Origin: Chlorokybus atmophyticus
Taxonomy: Eukaryota > Plantae > Mesostigma and Chlorokybus algae
Assembly (NCBI GenBank): GCA_009103225.1
Contig: RHPI01001292.1
Location: 287,243 to 351,242, forward strand
Reading direction: 5' to 3'
Length of the DNA stretch: 64,000 nt
The position numbers and the translations under genes are program-made. This document shows positions 1 through 15,146 of this stretch, one piece after another (position 1 is the first letter of the stretch; every line of letters starts with the position of its first letter). The notes under the pieces were generated by a model. The model was not told the origin of the DNA and searched no databases. It saw only the letters and a program-made list of their open reading frames with translations.

Positions 1-3000
1 GTATTAATGAACGTTTTGTCCACCAAAAGATCACGCACATGTGCCACATGCGCATGAAAAACAAAAATACAGTAGCATAGCAAATCTCAATTGTCGACAA
101 ACTACAGAGATGAACCGAGCCTCAACAAGACCTTGTGGTATTCAAATATTTTTTATAGTATGTTTTTTTAGTTTTTGGTTAGTTAGCCTCAACAAGCAGA
201 CGTTAAAATGCAATTAAATATGGTTTGAATCAACCAAGTTGCTAATGCAAAATGTGTGCAGTGACTTTAATGATCGTTATTTTTAATTCTTATCTTTTTT
301 AACCTTGTTGCAGATTTAGACGCGTTTAGCGAGGTAGCCAAAGTGCGCGTTGAGTGCGCAGCCGCGCTGACGCTCATATGAGCCTTCTGGCCCTTTGTAC
401 CTATTTTTGATGGCTAAGTTATTGCCAATAGAGTTGTGGCCTTGATCATGTTGGTGTGGTGCCTGGTTAATGAGGTGAAAGTGTATATTAAATAGAAGCA
501 CAAGTGTACATTACACATAAGCACAAGGCCCTGACACATAAGAGCATTGCAACTTACCGGTTGACATGTAACAAATATGCGATACAAGAGTTAATTAATG
601 CTTTCCAAGTTAACAAGGCCTTGCATATGCTATATATGCTTGCACTGGTTGGTTGGTTGAAGCCGTACAGACGCATTTTGAAGTACAGTCTTTGCGGCAA
701 CATACGCTAAATTTCATCCACTCTTCAGTGATGCCGTTGTTGCACTGACCGAGATGGAGTATATATTGTGTTGGAACGCCGCAATCTTCAGCTATCTCCT
801 TCTTGCCCCATTGGTGAAATGCATGATGACCTTATACTTAGCACAAAAGTTGTGAGCCCAAGCTTAACGCCATGGGGTCTAATGCGACTTATGCTAAAAG
901 CCTTGCAAACTTGTAGTTAGCAAGGAGGCAGCAATTAAATATCATGCTTCATGCATTTTTACCTTTTCTTTCGTACAAGCTTAAGCTTTCTTTTGTACAA
1001 GCTTATACAAGAATGGATTGGTGCCAGGCGCGCAGGCTGATGCCGGGTTGCCGTATCCAAGGTGAGTGGCAAGTTGCCACTGGCAACCTGTGCAAGGGCA
1101 CGAAGATAGTCCTTCGCGTATAAAGGCAAGGCTTATAATCTCAACTTTAAGGGTAGCAGTTGCAAACTGTTTAAATGGCATTGTCGAAGATGTGCACTGC
1201 CGCAGTTAAGGGAACGTTCCGAACCACCATCATATTGTTCTAATCGATGTAGGGTACTCTATCAATATTTCAGTTACTTCTTGATATGGGTGCATTTGCA
1301 CCCAACTGTTATTATAAAGGTCTATCATTCGCGCCTAGGCTTGTGGTGATAATAATGAGAATGCACCGTTGGAGCACATCACGCGAGTCCAGACTTTTAG
1401 ATAAAGGTACACTTAAGCTGCACTATGAAGTCCCCACGCAATGCACACTACTTGTATTTGTTTATAAGCTTGCGCACAAGCTTCAAATATCATATTATGT
1501 GTCAAGCTTTGGCAATCATTATATTGTGACACTGGGCAAGTACAACATCGTAACGCTTGACATCACAAGAAAATCACAAACACTTATATCATGATATCAC
1601 ATGATTCTGTAAAATACGCTTTATAGACAAAACCCATTGACGTGCGGATTCACGTATTGTAAATGCTGACTCGTTACTCATTATGTATGTTAACAAGTGC
1701 GGTTGGTGCGCAGCCAATGCCTATTGCCTGATAATAATGTTAACCAGGTTATATATTTGCTAAAAGATATGACTAAATTATATTACATAAGTGTATTCTA
1801 TAAGCGCTTGAGCATGGCAATGCTATTTGAATGAAATGTTGCGCTCTCACCCGTATCATAAAAAGTATGCGTTAATTGCACTTTCCCGACCGTGCATGCA
1901 TGTGGGACATGCGCAGCACATGCAATTTTATGTAAAAAGCTTGTGGCATGTGGGCCACATGCTATGATATGGCTTTACCAACATGCGATCGCGGCACAAT
2001 AACATTGCCACTTTATTTAGCTTGCATTACTTTGCAGGGAGTATACTTTTTAAAAATTATCTTTGTTGATATGAGTAATATCAACAACGTGACGTATTAT
2101 GTATTATGCAAAAGTTGCACATTACAGCACCGCAACGTGACAGACATCATATTCTTAATTACGCCAATACCTTACTATAATGTAAACGTTGAGCTGTACT
2201 CACATGAGAATTGGGCAAGGCGCATTAATATATTATACGAGCATTGGTATGCTACGATACATCGCTACATGGGTCATGCCTAATTATGCAAGCATGGAAG
2301 CAACGTAACTATTACAACCTATTCATTAAGACACATTAACATTTGCAGTAACGATTGTGAGACAATAAACATAGTAATGATGACAATGCATGTGCATGTG
2401 AGCCATAATTGCGGATTGTTAATATTTATTCATGACAATTGATGCTTTTCATATTGTTCGTACAACGTTGTATGTATGTTAACTTGATCATGGCGTGTAC
2501 ACCGACATTTACTCGTGTATTATTTATGTCACGCGGTTCACAATCCATTGTTCGAATACAATAGTAACACATCGATTACGATGTCACAAATTGCTCTTTT
2601 TCGTCGAATAATTGATTAATGCTAATGTAGCCACCATTTATTATCGGTGTCAGAAGTGGAAATGCAAATATCATGATAAAGCGCCAAATGATATGTAGCA
2701 ATGCCCATGTTTACAACTAGTATGATTGTATATACAGCAGCACAAGTGATTGCGTAACCCACCAGTCAATTTTTGATTATATAGGAAATGACGATTGGGC
2801 CTATACTGTTGACCCGACAAGAAACCTCTGACAAGGTTTAGACCCTTCCACGTCATGTGGACCACATGCCGAGACTTGCTGCTTGATATGCATTCACAAA
2901 GACAATCTGTGTTGTACAGGATATGCTGGCAGTAGTTGGAAACATGCATGACCTCACTCACAGCATGCCAAACAACAACATGCAAGCACATTACAACACA
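1..3000. other. AT-rich intergenic block, probably decayed repeat/transposon DNA
   Basis: Visibly more AT-rich than the genic regions. Only short ORFs with no recognisable family, and frames are broken by frequent TAA/TAG/TGA. Confidence 0.4.
610..834 (-). pseudogene. Possible SWIM zinc-finger remnant (MULE/Mutator-like transposase fragment)
   Basis: Minus strand reads GHHAFHQWGKKEIAEDCGVPTQYILHLGQCNNGITEEWMKFSVCCRKDCTSKCVCTASTNQ. After a frameshift in a (CAAC)n run it reads QCKHI, giving a CxC...CKHI SWIM-like pattern. Stops flank the segment. Confidence 0.25.
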
Positions 3001-5008
3001 ACCACTGGGCTATACACACTGTTTGTTCCTCATTACACTACACTAGTCTAGACCTCCCCATTAGACATGCATACATGCGTATTAGTAGCGCATTACATGC
3101 CCACACGGGCTCTGTCAGCTGGTGTTGGCAAAGGCAGCAGTAGCAGCAGCAGCACATCATGACGACTCCCTCCCTTCCGCCTGCTCTCCCTCTCCCCCCG
3201 CCACCCACTCGGCCACGCAGTTTCTGCTGCTGCGTCTTTCACTACCCTAACCCTTCTCGCGCAGTGCCAACGTCAGCACTGCCGCATGCAGGGCCACTGT
3301 GTCACTGGCGGTTAGGTCTGGTCGGTAGGGTTGGGTTGTGGGGTTGGCTGGGTTTGTCTGTGGCACGGGCACCCTGCGTTACTAGGCTGTTTGCTCCCCG
3401 CGCATCATTACAGTGCACCACACTGCATGGTGAGCGCTGCGTTTGCGCGCCGGTGCTTCTGCAGCGCCTGGTCCACCGTCTTATACAGTAGAGCTGGGGG
3501 CGTGCAGTACGCATATGCGTTGTCACGTATCATGTGTTGCCTCAAAGTCGCCAACATCCGCTTCACAGAGTGTCCCTGCATATACCTGATAGGCTATGCC
3601 ACACATGCGCCAACATGCTGATGCATCTCCACGCCAAAACCAAGCTAGCCAACAAGCCACACAATATAATCTTATACACGAAAGAGGGCTAGCTGGTGGC
3701 CTAATGCAAAATGCATGAAGGCAATGGCTGTGGACAGTGTGGTTGCACAATTAGCACCACAACTTGTAACCACACAAGCAAAACAATGGCTGACCTGAAC
3801 CTCTACATGCATCACAGCATAGGAGTTGCAATATAGCAAGCTTTTTCGCAAAGGGGTCAAATGCAAGCAACACAACAGCATGACTTGACATGGGGGCCAA
3901 GGCAGCGCTAAGCACATCACCTAACACAAACCAAGACACGACTAGGACCTTAAGCTAAGACCCTTAGGCAGCAACACGAGTGTACGCAGCAGGCAGCAAT
4001 GGGAGGAGCAGTAGTGTGGCAGCTGATGTAAGGACAACCTGCAGAGCGCAGGCGGGCATGCATAATATATAGGACGCAGGGGTTGTGGCAAGAGAGTGTG
4101 AGGCATGCACCGCAAACCACAGCACTCAGCACTTACATTCACCACCGGGCGCTCCACCTACTCATGTGTGACGGACACGAATTTGGACACAAGGCTACGC
4201 AAGGCGAGGTGGTAGCGGCTGCTCCAAGCAGCGAGCAGTAAGGCCCACCTCCACAACGAGCGCCACAGTCAGCAACCCCAAAGTGGACAGCTGTGGCCGC
4301 CAGTGAGTTTCCGACCGCAAATTGGCTGCAGCAGTAGTGGACACAAGCACTGTCGGGGCTGGGGTTGCCCTGTATAATACCGGGTACGTTTTTTGATATA
4401 ACAGAGATACAGCCGGGTACCAGCTTGTACTCAGCATCAGTAAAGAAGGTCACATGCAACGGCAGGAGAGTTCAACAAGCAGCAATGCAACACGCCATCA
4501 ACAGAGTCTGGTTTGGTGTCCTGCATGCGCAACCATTGCACATTAAGAAATGCGGGGAGGTATGCATACTTGCATATGCACAAAACGACATGCCTATCAA
4601 AACTGCAACAAGGCAAGCTCTACTGTGCCGGAGGAGTTGAACAACAAGCAACGAGCTGGTAACAACCAATTCGTCTACAGGCCAACACAGAGCTTGTTTG
4701 TACTGAGCAAACCAACGCGCTAGTGGCTTAGCTTGCTAGCAATGGCCAAGTTGAACAGGCACATGCTCAATCCCTAAGCGCCATTCTACTTGAGACAATG
4801 TATGCGCCGCACACCAAGGCTGTCTTCTCAGATGGCAGAATCAACAGCTGCTATCTCCTCCGCGTCTCAGCCAAATCGTGCAGTAGTGGAGTGTAGCACA
4901 GGTGCAGTTGCGTAAACCTTATACCTTTGCGCAAGGCGTCTTGTCACAGCCTGCATGCTGCATGCCAGGTGGCCAGGCCGGGGAAAGAGGCTGGCAGACC
5001 GCTGCCGC

Positions 5009-5251
5009 TCAGAGTATAGACACAAGCTGGGTCCAGGAAGGTCTGGGCTCCGTGCGCATGCCAAGGAAGATGATGAGGGGGATGAGGCCGTACCTGGCGA
5101 CCTCCTTGCCGTGCTGGAGCACCCACGTGGGGCCCTGCTTGACAACCACCGCCGCTGCCTCCGTCCACGTCCTGTCTGCTTGACCCCGCCCTCCTGGTCC
5201 GCTCGCACCAGGCCTGTCCTTCCTGTCCTCAAGCAACGCCGGCGGCGCCAT
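5009..5251 (-). CDS. TOM7: Mitochondrial outer-membrane translocase subunit TOM7 (intronless, 80 aa)
   Basis: MAPPALLEDRK...WVLQHGKEVARYGLIPLIIFLGMRTEPRPSWTQLVSIL matches the plant TOM7 signature (HYGFIPLIIIIGMNSDPKP). ATG at 5251, TGA at 5009-5011. Confidence 0.9.
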   Translation of the reverse strand: MAPPALLEDRKDRPGASGPGGRGQADRTWTEAAAVVVKQGPTWVLQHGKEVARYGLIPLIIFLGMRTEPRPSWTQLVSIL

Positions 5252-5360
5252 CTCTCCGGCAACAACAACGCCTGTAATGCCTACCCGACTGCCAAGCATG
5301 CCAACAAGAATGCAGTGTCGCGCATTGTGCCGCAAGCTAGTTTGCACAGCTGGGCAGCGG

Positions 5361-5370
5361 TTTAGGGTTT
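5361..5370. promoter_or_regulatory. Telo-box (TTTAGGGTTT / AAACCCTAAA) in the TOM7-mS23 bidirectional promoter
   Basis: Exact motif within the 228 nt between the two start codons. Telo-boxes are established elements of plant ribosomal-protein promoters. Confidence 0.6.
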
Positions 5371-5479
5371 GTTTTCGCTGCCTGAGCGCAAGGTGTTGCT
5401 GGCAGTAGCTGCGGCACAGGCGGCGGTATTGGCGGTGGTGTCGGTGGCGTGGTGCCAGCCTGGGGTGTAAGGAATCAGC

Positions 5480-6947
5480 ATGAACAGGAACAAAAATTTG
5501 CTCGTACGCATGCGACACCTGCTCAAGAGCAACGCATTCGTAAAGCCGCCATGGTTTGACGCTGTGGAGAGGTGTGCGCAACCCAATTGCATGCTTGCAG
5601 GTTTAACAGATAAGCACGGTATTCTTCTGGTAGAATTTAAACACATCGTTGTGAGGAGCTCAGTAAAAGTCACTGTGTGTGGAGCGCTGGCGCTGTCTTT
5701 GGGTTTTTGCATAGACGTTACATACTGAATTGTGTCTTTCACTTTTGTCCATATTGGAGGTCGCACATGTAGCTGTTTCCATACCATATCATACTACTTT
5801 TGGTGATGCGCTGCTATAGCTATAAGGTTTTCAGCTACAGGTAGGCTGACCTGCAGCAGTGTCTCAGCATCGTTACGGAACTGAAGGACTACACTGGCAA
5901 TGCTTGATTGCATGCACAGCACTTGCTAATACTAGGCTTTTTGTTTGTTGCATCAACCAGCTAGCAACCACAGCTCCTCCATCAAGAACAAATGAAGTAT
6001 GTGGTTAACAATACAAGACATTGTGCCTTGGAAATGTGTATGTTCAAACTATGTCAACTATGCAGTGAATGATGGGTGGTTCTCATGCAGAGTCCCGCCT
6101 GCTCCGCGACCGCTGTGGTGCCCACGTCCCGTGAACATAGTATACCCGGAAGACCGATTCATCCGAAGATTCGTGGCCATGCATCCTTATGTCACGTTCC
6201 AGATGCCCATAGAGTAAGGCCAGCTCACCGCACAAAAGGCATGCACTGTCATCCCAATGTGCCGCTTTGTGTAGTTGACCCCATCACATTCAGCGTGCTG
6301 TTTGCAGCTTGAAGTCTGAGACACCCCACTTTTTGCGCTACTTTGGGTGGCGGTGTCTTGAGCTTATGGACGATGGGCACACGCCACAGAAAGCTTACAG
6401 GATTGCTGAGGTCAGATTGATTAATGATAATGCGCTACAGCTTACTGCTGGCACAGGGTTGCCATGGCTGATAGCATCACGCTCGTTGTTGTGTATCTCT
6501 TGCTTGTTTGGCCCAATGTATTATGTGTTGTGCGCATTGGGCGCTGCATAGGCTTCTGCCTTGGCCTTGTCACATGTGCGCGAGGTGTACGGGGCAACTC
6601 CTCCTTGTTTGCATGCTATGTCCACCGCTGTGTGTCTGACTGGTGTTTGTTCATGGTCGCCACAGGCAGAGGCTGTCAAAGCATTGAGCAAACTGCCAGT
6701 AGAGCCAGGCGCAGAACCCGGTGAAGATATAATGGAGATCATACAGCGGGAGGAGGCGGAGCAGTACAGACTAGGTAAGAGTGGTGCTTCAGAGGTTTCG
6801 CTGTGTCTTCTGTTTTCTTGTTGGTCTTATACCATTGCACATGGTTGTTGTTGTTGCTCTTTTTTCCATGTACTTGAGGGGAAATGACACGTGTGTGCAG
6901 GAATGGAGGCTAAGTCAATGGCATCAGAGGATGATGATCAGCGGTAA
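5480..6947 (+). CDS. mS23: Mitochondrial ribosomal protein mS23 (Rsm25/MRP-S25 family), 5 exons
   Basis: Exons 5480-5571, 6091-6213, 6308-6410, 6666-6774, 6901-6947, all GT-AG and phase-consistent. Protein MNRNKNLLVRMRHLLKSNAFVKPPWFDAVERVPP...IVYPEDRFIRRFVAMHP...FGWRCLELMDDG resembles plant mS23 and yeast Rsm25. Confidence 0.8.
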
Positions 6948-8018
6948 TGCTTACTCTTTGGCACAAGGACATGTTGTTGTGTTACTTTTGTGCGTAAAAG
7001 CAAGCACACCTACTCCTTGACTGCGCTCATTGTGTAACAATATTGCGGTGGTTCATTTTCTACAGAGACGTGCAGAGCAGTGCAGACGACGTGGAAGCCG
7101 ACAATGTGGGCGCTGCTGAGGACTTGCGTCAGCCGCCAGCTTGACATCATGATCGCAGCTACGGTGAAGCACAGTTGCAGTTTCGGTTGGTGTGCTTGTT
7201 ACGGTGGGACTTAGTGGCAACTGACTAGGGTTATAGGTTGTAGCGGATGCATTGTAGGTGCACGCCTTGTGCACTGCATCTTGCAGCGTAGTAGGGTCGG
7301 ATAATTGTTTTGGTGAGGCTTCTGGTAGATTGTAGCCAGCATGTTGTTCTGCAAGCATTACATAGGTCAGTTCGTTCGAAGTGAAGAATCTCTCCAACAC
7401 CCATATACACACCTCCATTCGTGCACTTGCCTCAAGCGCAGCAACACCCTCGGCAAGGCGAGTTTCTGGTCTTCACATGCAATAAGCGGGTGCCCCATGC
7501 AAAGCACTAAGATGCTGTTAAGTTAACGTGCCTATTATAACGCACCCATGTCTACATGATGCAGTACGACGGCACTGCGTGTGTCGGCTGCAAGTACCAT
7601 ACTCATGTCCAATTGAACCTGGACAAGCATGTGTGCGAGTACCCCTTTGCATCTTTGGTACGCAACGAATAGCACGGCCATCACGCTGTGGCCACGCTCA
7701 CATAAAAGCAAAATATTGCAGAACGAATGCACAGTCACACACACGGTTGCATTACAATAGATTTGGGTGGGGGCCCAGACAGCGCTTACAACACGACCAA
7801 CCACATGACCTAGGACCCTACAACCGCACTAGGCAACCAACATCACCAACACAATACACTTTGACATGTTTGCCAGTGGTCACTGCATCACCACGCATGG
7901 TGCATACGACATGTCACACGAGTCTTTCAACAGTCCGTGGCAACAACGGACAAGTCACCGAGTGTCAATTGTCATCACTCCAGTTGCAAAACGCTGCCTA
8001 TCAGCAGCGGGACAGCGC

Positions 8019-9489
8019 ATGGCTCCCCGCCGTGCCGCCGGCGCCGGCGGGCGAGGAGCCAAGCGCCAGAAGGCAGGAGAAGGTGGTGCAGCGGTGGACG
8101 TAGTTGCCGGGTCGCTGTGGAGCAGCAGCGACCTGGCACGGTGGTCGGCGGCGCTGGCGGCATACGACAGCCGTCTCAAGGTAAGGTAGGACAAGACAGG
8201 GCAGGCAAGACAAGCCAGGACAGACTCAACCAAACCTCTGTAGGCGCATGTTGTTGCCAAGTGTAGAAGCACTGTACACATGCACAGTACTCGTGCATGC
8301 GGACTGCATTACAGCGTGATGCGTACTGGCACGCCATGGTGTAGTGCGGCAAGTGCAGATTTGTTGTCAGAGCACGCAGAGCCATGCCTTGCAGCCTCAG
8401 CATGGGCTCTGGGTAGTAGCAACATTGCGTCGTGCCAGCAGCCAGTAGCTTGCAAGCAAGCCAGTCGTGTCACCAAACAAAACAATATGAGATGGTTAGC
8501 TTAACACACTAAGCTTGACAACCTGTCTGACCTGCAGGCTCTGAACAAGCCTCGGCTTGTGGGGCTTGAGGCCGCGTATCGTAAGTCGGGCGAGGATGCC
8601 AGGCGCCAAGGGTTTATGACGCATGATGAGCTCGTGGGCGTGGTGGAGTGGAAGCTCAGCAGAGGCAAGTTCAGGTAACCACAAGCATCGTGTAACATTA
8701 TGCGCTTCCATGTCACCGGACTGGTGTGTATGCAGACTGTTTGTATGTCGCATGCATGCAATGCGCATGCGCACAAGCACTCACAGGAGCATGTGCGCAT
8801 GCTTGTGTGCACTTGTGCGTATTACATGCACACAACATGCGCATACACACGTGCACGTGTGTGTGCGCATATTTGTGACTGCATGGTTACACTTCTTCTT
8901 TTTCCTCTTCTGCACATGGCATGTGCGGCCATCGCATGTTGACATGCATGCTTGTTACATTGTTAGGCCTCAGTTATTGGGCTTCGCAAGGTCCTTATCA
9001 GTACATGAGGTTGAGGACGCGACGAGGCGTGCCTTTGCCGCATTACCCAAAGTAGATGTAGCGCTTGCAGCATTGACAGAGCTGAAAGGTATCGGGCCGG
9101 CGACTGCCTCAGCAATCCTGAGTGTTTACGATGACAGCGTGCCCTTCATGTCGGACGAGGCAATGGCGGCGGCGCTGCCGGGCAGGTCCATCAAATACAC
9201 AGTCAAGGAGTATCAAGAGTTCATACGCGCTGTAAGGGCAAAGGCGGAGGCGCTGTCGAGTGTGAAAGGTGGTGAGAGCTTGTCTGCGTGCGATGTTGAG
9301 CGCGCACTGTGGTCGGAGGCTATGCGAATCAAGCAACCGATCCATCAGATAGTCAATCAGTTTGGCATTAAAGACAAAAAAGACGATGATGATATTGAGG
9401 AGAATGCTGATGACGATGGGGACGCCGCTGCTTCTCAACCTGCAAAAGCTGCCAGAAGCAAGGCCACAGGCTCAAAGCGCAAGCGCTAA
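8019..9489 (+). CDS. Conserved uncharacterised helix-hairpin-helix protein (At3g12210-like), 3 exons
   Basis: Exons 8019-8180, 8538-8674, 8967-9489. Motifs LVGVVEWKLSRGKFRPQL, HhH LTELKGIGPATASAILS, PFMSDEA, Y...EY and VERALWS. Basic NLS-like ends (KRQK, KRKR). Confidence 0.8.
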
Positions 9490-9874
9490 TGCTCTTAATA
9501 TGAGCACGGGTTGTCATCTTGGATCGCAGGCCCTTTGTAGTTATGTGTGAGTATGCTACTATGTACAATTCCATATGTATACAATGCCTACCTAGCTTGT
9601 TAGCAAATAAAGAGATGTTTCGCACCCAATGTGCAGTGATAATTACTATCTGTCGCGACTGCACATCTGTTGCACTGTCATACACAATAGCCACAGCTAT
9701 TACAAGAGCCCGAAAGTGCCTGTATGCTGCCATGCATGTGACATGTAGTAATGGAACCTGCTTATGCCTGCCATGTTTGCGCAAAAACACCATATGAGCA
9801 CCAGCGCGCCTGACACCCGTCACATACACTTGCAAAGACACTTGCACGAGAAGCGAGCTATGCATGGTCCCTGC

Positions 9875-14137
<4,263 letters not shown>

Positions 14138-15146
14138 TCATCAACAGTCCTCAACGGTCAACGCCGCCGAGAGCACCTGCTTGATGTGGCCCAACTCATT
14201 GTCAGCGCATAGCGCACCGTAGTCGACGCCTGACTTGCACCGACATAAGCCTTGTCGACGCAGTGCCACCCCAATGCGTCATCGAGTTACGGCGTAACTT
14301 GAGCCGCGTCCATCTGACGGGAAAAAGGCCTGATAGACTTTCTGACTGGCTGCAGCAAAACAGCCACGTGCACATGACAGCCGTGCAAGGGTGTGTGCCC
14401 TCAGGTGAGGGTCCCCTCACACGCTGGTAGATGCTCTAACCGCACTTCAGGACCGTTAGCCGTTTACTCTGTTGCTGCAAGCTGACTGCCTGGAAATGGC
14501 GCCGTTTGCAGTCCGGGGTTTGCTGATAGAGTGCTGACTTCAGACAGAATGGCCGCATACACGGGTGCGCTAACAGGAACAGTTGACCCCAAAAACCTTC
14601 ATGAGATGGCGTCGCCGTTGCCGTTTGTAATGGCAAAAGCATTTGCATCACAAGATGACGTGCCATTTCATTGTGACGAGATACACTGTCATGAATCTCT
14701 TGCACACTTTTTCCGCGACGTAGAGACTTTATGCGCCAGATTCTGGCGCGCGTTGTAGACTTCGCGCCCCGCTGCCCGTGTTCGGATACGCTAAGGACGC
14801 CACGTAGGCGTGACTTCCGCCCCCAAAATGGCAGCCGGGTGTGTCCGCTGCTGCGGAGCATGCCTCGCGCAGTCAGCATTTCTCCGTCAATCTCAACCTA
14901 GTCTAGCTGATATCTGCCAAGGAGCTGCAGTTTTGGGCTTGATCAAGATAAACAGCCAGTACGGTAGATATGGGTGGGTTTGCGGTTAGAAGGGTTGGTA
15001 TTGAACCAGTGTGGTTAGTTGTGGGCGGCCGGCAAGCTGCGGGCGGGCAGCGGCGGCGTTGGTGTTGGCGTTGGTGGTGTGGCCGGTATTGTGTGAGTGT
15101 GAGGGCAGGTCAGGGGCGTGGATGGATGCAATGCGGGATAGCAGTC

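Noticed and set aside
14436-14879. ORFs between NDOR1 and the CNNM gene
   Set aside because: No motifs or splice support. More likely a GC-rich divergent promoter or UTR.
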